From: Ignavibacteriota bacterium
GTDB lineage: Bacteria > Bacteroidota > Ignavibacteria > UBA10030
Length of the DNA stretch: 64,000 bases
Direction of reading: 5' to 3'
Assembly: GCA_022616555.1 (NCBI GenBank)
Contig: JAKEEG010000012.1
Coordinates: 8,263 to 72,262 of the forward strand
Shown: one piece after another, positions 1 to 8,104 of the stretch
Numbering within the stretch: position 1 is the stretch's first letter
Layout of the letters: every line of letters begins with the position of its first letter
Translations under genes and position numbers: made by a program
The notes under the pieces: generated by a model
The model's database searches: none
What the model was told of the DNA's origin: nothing
Seen by the model: the letters and a program-made list of their open reading frames with translations, nothing else

Positions 1-2
1 TG

Positions 3-560
3 AAATCGCCGGAAGACCCGGCATTGTTCTTCAAACCTCAGAGCTCATTTATCGGTCATCGTGCCCCTGTGATATATCCGAAGGGCGTTGAGTACATGCA
101 CTACGAGGCGGAGCTTGTGGCCGTCATCGGCGAGCGATGCCGGCGCGTGAAGGCCGAGCATGCAGAAAAGTACATCAAAGGCTATACGATTGGCAATGAC
201 GTCACGGTGCGGGACTTCGTCAAAAATTTTTACAGGCCGCCCGTGCGCGCGAAGGGGTACGATACATTCGGACCGGTAGGACCGTATATCGTGACGGCGG
301 ATGAAATCCCCAACCCTGCGCGACTCGGCTTGCGAGCGTATGTGAACAATGAACTTAGGCAGGAAGGCAACACGGCGACCATGATCCGCTCTGTGCCGGA
401 GTTAATCGAGTTTATCTCCATGATTATGACACTCGAGCCGGGCGATATGATCTGGACGGGAACACCCAAAGGTATCTCTCACGTATACGCTGGCGATGTG
501 ATGAGATTGGAAATCGACGGCATCGGCGCGTTGGAAAATCCTGTGATTACGGAAAGTTGA
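3..560 (+). CDS. hpaG: Fumarylacetoacetate hydrolase family protein (HpaG-like isomerase/decarboxylase), 5' end outside window
   Basis: Frame is open to the window edge (KSPEDPALFFKP). FAH motifs HYEAELVAVIG, GYTIGNDVTVRD, LEPGDMIWTGTPKG. First gene of the hpa cluster. Confidence 0.85.
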   Translation, partial: KSPEDPALFFKPQSSFIGHRAPVIYPKGVEYMHYEAELVAVIGERCRRVKAEHAEKYIKGYTIGNDVTVRDFVKNFYRPPVRAKGYDTFGPVGPYIVTADEIPNPARLGLRAYVNNELRQEGNTATMIRSVPELIEFISMIMTLEPGDMIWTGTPKGISHVYAGDVMRLEIDGIGALENPVITES

Positions 561-586
561 AGAGAGCCATCTAAATCATTGATATG

Positions 587-646
587 ATTGCCACGAACTT
601 TAGTTCGTGGATAAAGACTCGTCAAATTAAATGGGGTTTTAACCCC
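587..646 (+). repeat. Left bipartite REP-like end of the transposase cassette
   Basis: ATTG + hairpin CCACGAAC-TTTA-GTTCGTGG (591-610), then GGGGTT-TT-AACCCC (633-646). Inverted counterpart at 1084-1142. Confidence 0.85.
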
Positions 647-660
647 CACATATACCCTTT

Positions 661-1092
661 ATGCCCTACGTACGAGTGTGGATTCATATGGTTTGGTCAA
701 CTAAGGACTTTAAACCAGTTTTGGAAAAAGAGTTGAGAGAAAAACTGTACGCTCACATCAGGGAGAATGCAAAGTCCAAAAATATCTATCTTGATTGCAT
801 CAACGGATTTTTCGATCATGTCCACGTGCTGATCAGTTTAAAAGCGGACCAATCGCCTGCCAAAGTAGCTCAACTATTAAAGGGAGAATCGTCTCATTGG
901 TTGAATGATCAACAACTGACACCGGTAAGGTTCGAGTGGCAAAAGGAATACTTTGCGGTGTCTGTGAGTGAATCTTCGCTTGAAAACGTCCGCTCATATA
1001 TAAACAAACAGGAAGAGCATCACAGAAAAAAGATATTTAAAGAGGAGTATAATGAATTCATGCAAAAATACGGTTTTGCTGAAAGGGGTTAA
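661..1092 (+). mobile_element. tnpA: IS200/IS605-family (RAYT-like) HUH Y1 transposase, stand-alone, no tnpB
   Basis: 143 aa. HMVWSTK N-terminus, HUH motif DHVHVL, KGESSHW, FEWQKEY, catalytic-Tyr helix VRSYINKQEEHH. Confidence 0.9.
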
Positions 1093-1142
1093 AACCCCTT
1101 CTTCCAATTAATCATTATCCCCGACCTAAAGGTCGGGGCAAT
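1084..1142 (-). repeat. Right bipartite REP-like end (inverted copy of 587-646)
   Basis: AGGGGTT-AA-AACCCCT (1084-1099, contains the TnpA stop), then CCCCGACC-TAAA-GGTCGGGG-CAAT (1119-1142). Confidence 0.85.
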
Positions 1143-1178
1143 AAAAAATTGTTTTCGCCTAACTGTTAACATTTTTCA

Positions 1179-2654
1179 ATGATCCAACACTTTATCAATA
1201 ATAAATTCGTTCCGTCTGCCGAGGGGAAGTCGTTTGAGACTCTTAACCCCACGACGAATAAGCCCATCGACAGCGTCGCTTCTGGCACAGCAGCCGATAT
1301 CGACGCGGCGGTGAAGGCAGCTCGCAAGGCATTCGATGAAGGCCCCTGGCCGCGCATGTCCGCAGACGAGCGCGGCAAATATCTCCGCAAGATTGGCGAC
1401 TTGATCATCAAACATGCTGATGAAATTGCCGAAACAGAAATAGAAGACACCGGCATTCCCTCAAGCCAAATTAAAAAGGGTGCAATCCCCCGCGCGGCGG
1501 ATAATTTTTACTTCTTCGCTGAAGAGGCAAAAAAATTAACCAGCGAGGTCTTCCCCGTCGGCGATAAGTTTATGAATTACACCGTGCGCCGCCCTGTTGG
1601 AGTGGCGGGACTCATCACGCCGTGGAACACACCGTTCATGCTCGAAACGTGGAAAACCGCCCCATGCCTCGCGGGCGGCAACACGTGCGTGTTGAAGCCA
1701 GCAGAGTGGTCCCCCCTTTCAGCGGACAAACTCGCGCGTATCATTCAGGAAGCTGACATCCCGCCCGGTGTATTCAACCTTGTGCACGGGTTCGGCGAGT
1801 CGGCTGGAGCCTCGCTCGTCGCGCATCCGCAAGTGCAGTTGATTTCCTTCACAGGCGAAACGAGTACCGGCAAGGAGATCATCCGTAATGGCGCAGGCAC
1901 GCTGAAGCGATTCTCGATGGAACTGGGCGGCAAGTCGCCTACGATTGTCTTCAATGATGCTGATTTCGACCGCGCGCTCGATGGGGCGACGTTCCAGGTA
2001 TACTCGCTCAACGGCGAGCGCTGCACAGCAGGCTCGCGGTTATTGCTTCAACAGGGCATATATGATAAATTCGTCAGCGCGCTCGAAGCACGCGTGAAAA
2101 ATATCCGCGTTGGCGATCCACACGAAGCGCAGACGGAAGTAGGTCCGTTGATCCACCCTGAGCACTGGCAGCGTGTCCGTGCGTATATGGATGTCGCCCG
2201 TCAAGAAGGCGCGAAAATTGCTGTGGGCGGCGAGCGTCCCACGGGTATGACGGACGGAAATTATTTTGCTCCCACTCTTATTACCGGCGTGAAGAACAGC
2301 ATGCGCATAGCGCAGGAGGAGGTCTTCGGTCCGGTGCTCGTCGTGATTCCGTTTAAAGACGACGAAGAAGCTCTCCGCATTGCCAACGACATTCAATACG
2401 GGCTTGCCGCGTATATCTGGACGAGCAATGTTGCGCGCGGCCAACACATTGCGGAACGCATTGAATCCGGGCTCGCGTGGGTGAACTCTCATAACGTTCG
2501 CGACCTGCGGACGCCCTTCGGCGGCTCCAAGAACAGCGGTATTGGGCGCGAAGGCGGGCACTATAGTTTTGAATTCTACATGGAAATGGCAACAGTACAC
2601 GTCGCACTTGGCAATCATCATATCCCAACCATGGGTAAAGAAAACAAGAAGTAA
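1179..2654 (+). CDS. hpaE: 5-carboxymethyl-2-hydroxymuconate semialdehyde dehydrogenase (ALDH family)
   Basis: ALDH motifs PWN, FTGET, MELGGKSP, catalytic Cys in GERCTAGSR, EEVFGPV. hpa context. Confidence 0.9.
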   Translation: MIQHFINNKFVPSAEGKSFETLNPTTNKPIDSVASGTAADIDAAVKAARKAFDEGPWPRMSADERGKYLRKIGDLIIKHADEIAETEIEDTGIPSSQIKKGAIPRAADNFYFFAEEAKKLTSEVFPVGDKFMNYTVRRPVGVAGLITPWNTPFMLETWKTAPCLAGGNTCVLKPAEWSPLSADKLARIIQEADIPPGVFNLVHGFGESAGASLVAHPQVQLISFTGETSTGKEIIRNGAGTLKRFSMELGGKSPTIVFNDADFDRALDGATFQVYSLNGERCTAGSRLLLQQGIYDKFVSALEARVKNIRVGDPHEAQTEVGPLIHPEHWQRVRAYMDVARQEGAKIAVGGERPTGMTDGNYFAPTLITGVKNSMRIAQEEVFGPVLVVIPFKDDEEALRIANDIQYGLAAYIWTSNVARGQHIAERIESGLAWVNSHNVRDLRTPFGGSKNSGIGREGGHYSFEFYMEMATVHVALGNHHIPTMGKENKK

Positions 2655-2663
2655 GGAGATACC

Positions 2664-4169
2664 ATGTCGAGCAAACATCAACACGATGGTAAAGTAAACG
2701 GCGCGCGGCGCGGCGAACAGCTTCTCAAAAAATTGCGCGAGGATTCTCCCGAAATTTACTACGCGGGCGAGCGCGTGAAAGACGTCACCACACACCCGGC
2801 GTTTAAGAATGGCGTGCAAAGCCTCGCGGCGCTGTACGATTTGCAATGGAAACAACCGGACGTGATGCTCTACGATTCCCCCGCCTCCGGCAAAAAGGTT
2901 GGGCGCTCATTCATGATTGCGAAGACGCACGACGAACTCCGCAGCGTCAGCAAAATGATGAAAGCGTGGGCGGACGCGAGCTTCGGCATGATGGGTAGGT
3001 CGCCTGATTATTTAAATCGTGCGATGACGGCGTATGCCTCTGGGGTGGATTTTCTCATTCAGGCAAACCCGAAAGTCGGCAAGAACGCTCGTACCTATTA
3101 TGAGTATCTCCGCGAAAACGACCTATGCTTGACCCATACTCTCATCACACCGCAAGCGAACCGCGCTGTCAACACGGCAAAGCAAGCCGACCCCTACCTC
3201 GCCGCGCGCGTGAAGGAAGAAACCGACGCCGGTATCGTCATCCGCGGCTGCCGCATGCTCGCCACGCTTCCCGCAGCGGATGAAATCATGGTCTTCCCTT
3301 CTACTCTGTTGAAAAATCAGGAGGAGGACGCCCCCTATGCATTCGGGCTTGCGCTGCCGACAAACACGAAAGGACTGAAATTCCAATGCCGCGAGGCAGT
3401 CGACTACGGGCACTCACACTACGACCATCCTCTTGGCTCCCGGTTCGAGGAAATGGATGCTGTCGTGATCTTTGATGATGTGTTCGTGCCGTGGGAGAAT
3501 GTCTTCCTGTATCGCGACGTGAAAAGCTGCAACGAAGCCTATGCCCGCACGGGCGCAATCGTGAACATGTCGCATCAGGTCGTGGTGAAGAACATCGCGA
3601 AAACGGAATTCTTACTCGGCTTGACATCGCTCATGGCGCATACGATTGGGATTGAGACATTTCAGCATATTCAGGAGAAAATCGCCGAGATTTGGGTAAA
3701 CATGGAGACAATGAAAGCATTCCTTCGCGCAGCCGAAGCCGACGCAACGCTCGATGAATACGGTACGATGCGACCGGCGTGGAATCCGCTTGATGCAGCG
3801 CGCAATCTCTATCCACGATTGTACCCCCGCATGGTTGAAATCATTCAGCAGATGGGTGCGAGCGGGCTTGTTGCCATGCCAACCGAAGCAGACATGAACG
3901 GTCCGCTCTCCGAAGAAATCCAAAAATATTACCAAGCCGCACGTGCAGACGCGCACGAGCGCATCCCGCTATTCCGGCTGGCGTGGGATGCTGCGCTGTC
4001 TGCATTTGGCTCGCGGCAAGTACTGTACGAGCGGTTTTTCTTCGGCGACCCTGTACGGATGGCTGGAGCGCTCGTCGCCAATCATGACCGCACAGCCTAT
4101 ATGGACCGCGTGCGCGAGTTTCTCGCCCGCGCCAAGGAAGAAGCGGCTGCTGAAGCGACGAAATCGTAA
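2664..4169 (+). CDS. hpaB: 4-hydroxyphenylacetate 3-monooxygenase, oxygenase component
   Basis: GRSPDY, THTLITPQANR, RFEEMDAVVIFDDVFVPWENVF, RQVLYERFF. AAGGAG RBS upstream. Confidence 0.93.
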   Translation: MSSKHQHDGKVNGARRGEQLLKKLREDSPEIYYAGERVKDVTTHPAFKNGVQSLAALYDLQWKQPDVMLYDSPASGKKVGRSFMIAKTHDELRSVSKMMKAWADASFGMMGRSPDYLNRAMTAYASGVDFLIQANPKVGKNARTYYEYLRENDLCLTHTLITPQANRAVNTAKQADPYLAARVKEETDAGIVIRGCRMLATLPAADEIMVFPSTLLKNQEEDAPYAFGLALPTNTKGLKFQCREAVDYGHSHYDHPLGSRFEEMDAVVIFDDVFVPWENVFLYRDVKSCNEAYARTGAIVNMSHQVVVKNIAKTEFLLGLTSLMAHTIGIETFQHIQEKIAEIWVNMETMKAFLRAAEADATLDEYGTMRPAWNPLDAARNLYPRLYPRMVEIIQQMGASGLVAMPTEADMNGPLSEEIQKYYQAARADAHERIPLFRLAWDAALSAFGSRQVLYERFFFGDPVRMAGALVANHDRTAYMDRVREFLARAKEEAAAEATKS

Positions 4170-4172
4170 AGC

Positions 4173-4204
4173 GAGACCCCCTATAGTCCCCCTAAGAGGG
4201 GGAC
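4173..4204 (+). repeat. Left inverted hairpin repeat of the DUF559 cassette
   Basis: GAGACCCCCT (4173-4182), then hairpin GTCCCCCT-AAG-AGGGGGAC (4186-4204). Confidence 0.85.
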
Positions 4205-4224
4205 ACGTAGGATTGTAGAGTACT

Positions 4225-4623
4225 ATGAAACACAAACATCTCTCAGAGTATACAACGGCTAATGTTCCTATTGCACGAGTGCTTCGAGGGAATATGACCG
4301 TTGCGGAACGAAAGTTGTGGTCTCTACTGCGAAAAAATCAGCTTGGAGTCAGATTCCGGAGACAGGTTCCTCTACACGGTTATGTGCTAGATTTCTATTG
4401 TCCAAAAGCCAAACTTGATGTTGAACTCGATGGCAGCCAACACTACACAAGTCAGGGAGTGCGAAAGGACAAAGAACGAGACAATGATTTACAGAGAGAA
4501 GGGATAGCGGTTCTTCGTTTTGCATCTTCGGAGGTGTTCCAAAACCTTGAGGGTGTTATTCAGGCAATCATCAATGTAACTGAAGAGCAAATCGCACAGA
4601 AAAAAAATCTCTCCCCCTCTTAG
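4225..4623 (+). CDS. DUF559 / Vsr-like endonuclease-domain protein
   Basis: 132 aa. LRGNMTVAERKLWSLLR, FRRQVPLHGYVLDFYC, VELDGSQH, D..L...G..VLRF pattern. Confidence 0.88.
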   Translation: MKHKHLSEYTTANVPIARVLRGNMTVAERKLWSLLRKNQLGVRFRRQVPLHGYVLDFYCPKAKLDVELDGSQHYTSQGVRKDKERDNDLQREGIAVLRFASSEVFQNLEGVIQAIINVTEEQIAQKKNLSPS

Positions 4624-4645
4624 GGGGAGACCAAGAGGGGGTCTC
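4610..4645 (-). repeat. Right inverted hairpin repeat of the DUF559 cassette
   Basis: Hairpin TCTCCCCCT-CTT-AGGGGGAGA (4610-4630, contains the stop TAG), then AGGGGGTCTC (4636-4645), the exact reverse complement of 4173-4182. Confidence 0.85.
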
Positions 4646-4690
4646 AAGTAATCAGAACACCTCTTGCAATCGAAAAAAGATTATACTCCT

Positions 4691-5257
4691 ATGAGCGAAA
4701 TCATAGACCATCGCGCCTATAGACAAACTGTCGGACAATTTGCCACCGGCGTTTCGGTGATTGCGACCGAAACAAACGGCCAAGTGCACGGCATGACCGC
4801 AAATGCACTCACGTCGCTCTCGCTCGACCCAATGCTGATTCTCTTCTGCGTGGATAAGCGCGCGAAGATGACGGAGTTCTTGAAACATACCGAGGGGTTC
4901 TCAATCAATTTTTTGCGCGAAGACCAGCAGGCGCTCTCCACATACTTTGCGGGCGGGTGGAAACAGGAGAAAGCCCCACCCTTTCGCTTTGTGCCGTGGA
5001 CAGTCTGTCCGCGCCTTGAAGGCTGCGCGGCGGCAATCGCATGCAAACTACACGAGATGGTCGAAGGCGGCGACCACTGGATCGTCATCGGCAAGGTGCA
5101 GGCGCTCCACAAGGGCATCGAACCGCGCTACCCGCTGGTTTTTCACGGCGGGATGTATTGCAAACTCGACCATCGCGATCGCCAACCAGCTCCGCCTGAA
5201 CTCGACAAAGGCACTGCGGAAGTGGGAGTCTTCCTTGACCCATGGAAAAACGAATGA
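4691..5257 (+). CDS. hpaC: Flavin reductase, reductase component of 4-HPA monooxygenase
   Basis: YRQTVGQFATGVSVI, GMTANALTSLSLDP, EGGDHWIVIG. ATG 4691 preferred over the TTG start in the ORF track. Confidence 0.88.
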   Translation: MSEIIDHRAYRQTVGQFATGVSVIATETNGQVHGMTANALTSLSLDPMLILFCVDKRAKMTEFLKHTEGFSINFLREDQQALSTYFAGGWKQEKAPPFRFVPWTVCPRLEGCAAAIACKLHEMVEGGDHWIVIGKVQALHKGIEPRYPLVFHGGMYCKLDHRDRQPAPPELDKGTAEVGVFLDPWKNE

Positions 5258-6240
5258 ACATACCCTTTAACATCACCCGTACAGCGCATTTGGAATTTCG
5301 CGTCACCGACCTCGAGCGCGCGAAAGCATTCTACGTCGATGTCCTCGGCTTTGTTGAAACCGCGCGCGATAAGAATAGACTCTATCTCGGCGGATATGAA
5401 GAGCGTGACCTCTATAGCCTTGTGTTGCGCAAGGCAGACTCACCCGGCGTGGGACATATTGCGTTTCGCGTCGCCAACCCGGAAGACTTGCAGCATCTTG
5501 CCAAGCTATACGAGCAGAACGGCTGTGCGATAAAATGGATAGATGAAGGATTCGAAGAGGGCCAGGGTAAAGCCTTACGCGTACAGGATCCGTCCGGATT
5601 GCCGATAGAATTTTTCCACCAGATCGCTCAGCGTGAGCGACTGCTACAGCGCTATGACCTTTACCGCGGCGCACACATCATGCGGCTCGACCATTTCAAC
5701 TGCCAGGTACCTGATGTGCAAAAGGCGTACGACTGGTTTACGCAGAAACTCAGCTTCACCTGCTCCGAGTACACGGTGTCGCAAACCGACAAGCTCTGGG
5801 CGACTTGGCTCCACCGCAAGCAGGATGTGCATGACATCGCGCTCATGAACGGCATCGGTCCGCGTGTGCACCACGGTGGCTTCTGGGTGAATGATCAACT
5901 GAGCGTGCTGAAGGCTTGCGATGTGCTCGCAGCGGCAGGGATGGTCAGCAGTATCGAGCGCGGACCCGGCAGGCACGGACTGAGCAATGCGTTTTTTCTC
6001 TACTTGCGCGATCCCGATGGCAACAGAATCGAGCTATATACAGGAGATTATATCATCGCAGACCCGGATTGGAAACCAATTAAGTGGGATATCAACGACC
6101 CGCGGCGGGCGACGTTCTGGGGACACACGCCGCCACCGAGCTGGTTTAACGACGCCTCGCTTGTGGAGGATATTCAGACAGGAAAGTTTATCCCGACCAC
6201 CGAACCAAAGCAGAAAGACCGCCCGGATTTTGTGACCTAA
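5254..6240 (+). CDS. hpaD: 3,4-dihydroxyphenylacetate 2,3-dioxygenase (VOC/type I extradiol)
   Basis: RLDHFN, HDIAL, PRVHHGGF, IERGPGRHG, YLRDPDGNRIELY. ATGA overlap with the hpaC stop. Confidence 0.9.
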   Translation: MNIPFNITRTAHLEFRVTDLERAKAFYVDVLGFVETARDKNRLYLGGYEERDLYSLVLRKADSPGVGHIAFRVANPEDLQHLAKLYEQNGCAIKWIDEGFEEGQGKALRVQDPSGLPIEFFHQIAQRERLLQRYDLYRGAHIMRLDHFNCQVPDVQKAYDWFTQKLSFTCSEYTVSQTDKLWATWLHRKQDVHDIALMNGIGPRVHHGGFWVNDQLSVLKACDVLAAAGMVSSIERGPGRHGLSNAFFLYLRDPDGNRIELYTGDYIIADPDWKPIKWDINDPRRATFWGHTPPPSWFNDASLVEDIQTGKFIPTTEPKQKDRPDFVT

Positions 6241-6266
6241 GACCTCTATCGATCACAATGTTTTGG

Positions 6267-6327
6267 GTAGCCGCAGGCTTCAGCCTGCGCAATAGCGACG
6301 ACAACGCAACCTAAAGGTTGCGACTAC
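6267..6327. repeat. Inverted GTAG-type REP doublet (REPIN/BIME-like) between convergent genes
   Basis: GTAG-C-CGCAGGC-TTCA-GCCTGCG on + (6267-6289) and GTAG-T-CGCAACC-TTTA-GGTTGCG on - (6305-6327). Confidence 0.85.
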
Positions 6328-6335
6328 CTCAATCA

Positions 6336-7121
6336 TCACGCGTAAAACTCAGGCCTTCTATCATCCAGCAAATGATTACGGGGAGTGACGTTTTTGTTGT
6401 CCGTCACTGTAAGATCGACGTCTTTGACGGCAATCTCAGGCTTATCGGCAGGAGCGCGATGGAGTATTTCTCCACGCGGTGAAGTAATCTGACTTTGCCC
6501 AATGTATGTTAGCGGAGCGACACCGCGGTTTTCGGTGCCAATGCGGTTTGCCGTCGCTGCGAAGACTCGGTTCTCCAGGCAGCGCGTCGGCATACTGTTC
6601 GGGCAATTGGGCAGCACAAGATTTGATGGATGTGCGATGAGTTGCGCGCCTTTCAAGGCGAGCGTACGGGCGCTTTCGGGAAAGTACCAATCGAAGCAGA
6701 CCATGATGCCGACCTTCCCGTGAGGCGTGTCAAAAACCTGAAACGGCTTATCGCCCGGGGCGAAAAATAATTTCTCCCGGTCGAAGAGATGAATTTTTCG
6801 GTAGAGTCCAACAGTGCCGTCGTGGCCGATAATACCCGCTGAGTTGTAGAGTTTACCGTTGCTCTTCTCGGCAAATCCGTACACAACATAACTCCGCTGC
6901 TCGTGCGCAAATTGCTCCAACTCCTTAAAAGTTACTCCTGTACGGAAAGGCTCTGCGAGGTGTTGTACTTCTTCTACGGTGGCAAAGTTATATCCGGTGG
7001 CAAATAGTTCAGGCAGCACATACAAGTCCGCTTGAGTGGACTGCATGAGTTGCAAGGCTTCAGCAATGTTCTTTGACTTTTCTCCGAATGTTGGGTTTGT
7101 CTGAACGACAGCAAGTTTCAT
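6336..7121 (-). CDS. Carbon-nitrogen hydrolase (nitrilase superfamily)
   Basis: Catalytic triad motifs LPELF, YRKIHLF, VCFDWYFPE. Confidence 0.88.
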   Translation of the reverse strand: MKLAVVQTNPTFGEKSKNIAEALQLMQSTQADLYVLPELFATGYNFATVEEVQHLAEPFRTGVTFKELEQFAHEQRSYVVYGFAEKSNGKLYNSAGIIGHDGTVGLYRKIHLFDREKLFFAPGDKPFQVFDTPHGKVGIMVCFDWYFPESARTLALKGAQLIAHPSNLVLPNCPNSMPTRCLENRVFAATANRIGTENRGVAPLTYIGQSQITSPRGEILHRAPADKPEIAVKDVDLTVTDNKNVTPRNHLLDDRRPEFYA

Positions 7122-7124
7122 GCG

Positions 7125-8083
7125 TTACGCTGATCCTGTTTTTCTCAGTGGAACATGAACTGTTGATTCAACATAATCCAGCCATTCGGCGGAGCGCGCG
7201 TGCTTTCCGTGAACGGCGTCTTGAAAAGCATGTTGGATGGAGCGAGTCACAGGCCCCATCGTTCCGTTGCCGATGACACGGAAGTCAATTTCGCGAAGAG
7301 CGATACATTCAGCGGCCGTTCCGCACACGAAAACTTCATCAGCGGCATAGAGCTGGTCGCGCGAGACCTGCGCTTCGACGACCGCGTACCCGACGTCTTC
7401 TGCCAGAGCTATGATTGAGTCACGTGTAATACCTTCTAGCACAGGCGCAAGGTTCGGGGTGTAGATGGCACCGCGTTGTACGATAAACAGATTCTCGCCC
7501 GTGCACTCCGCAACATACCCTTGCGGGTCGAGCATGATGGCTTCGTCGAACCCGAGCCGCACGGACTCCGTTTTGGCGAGGAAGCTATTCGCGTAGTTTC
7601 CCGTTATCTTCGCCTTCGTCATCATCACGTTCGGATGATGACGCGTGAAGGACGAGATGTTTGCCCGCACTCCCCGTTCGAGTGCCTCGGTACCAAGATA
7701 ATTGTTCCACTCCCAAACAGCAATACCGACGCCCGGTTTTCCACCGTCGATGTTAAGATTCCAGCCGCCCCCAGAAAGATATACGAGCGGCCTGATATAG
7801 CACTCGGTATAACCGTTCGCTGCAACAGTACGCTTGGCGGCTTCGACCAATTCTTGGGCTGTATATGGCAGACTGCGAAAACCTAGAATTTTCGCTGAGT
7901 TCACCAGCCGCTCCATGTGCTCGCGGAGGCGGAATATCGCCGGACCGCGCTCGGTCGCATAGCTGCGTATTCCCTCGAATGCCCCGATACCGTAGTGTAG
8001 TGCAGTGCGGGCGTGAGGAAATGCAGTGTCGCGTGTTGATACTCAACCAGTTCGCCGTTCATCCAGACATACTTCGATTGCAT
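7125..8083 (-). pseudogene. ilvE: Branched-chain amino acid aminotransferase, frameshifted by a 5-bp tandem duplication
   Basis: N-terminus MQSKYVWMNGELV...ALHY (ATG 8083, GAGGAG RBS) and C-terminal ORF with CYIRP, AKITGNY, ECTGENLF, LEGITR are out of frame. Removing one TAGTG copy (7993-7997/7998-8002) gives LHYGIGAFEGIRSY and a 317-aa protein. Confidence 0.88.
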
Positions 8084-8104
8084 ACAGCGGGATCTCCTCG
8101 TCTT

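Noticed and set aside
661-1178. IS605-type tnpA+tnpB element
   Set aside because: No TnpB/RuvC ORF follows tnpA; hpaE starts 86 nt after its stop.
2040-2855. 271-aa - strand ORF, and the many similar 60-230 aa overlapping ORFs in the track
   Set aside because: Antisense or alternate-frame shadows of well-supported genes (here hpaE/hpaB), expected in GC-rich coding DNA.
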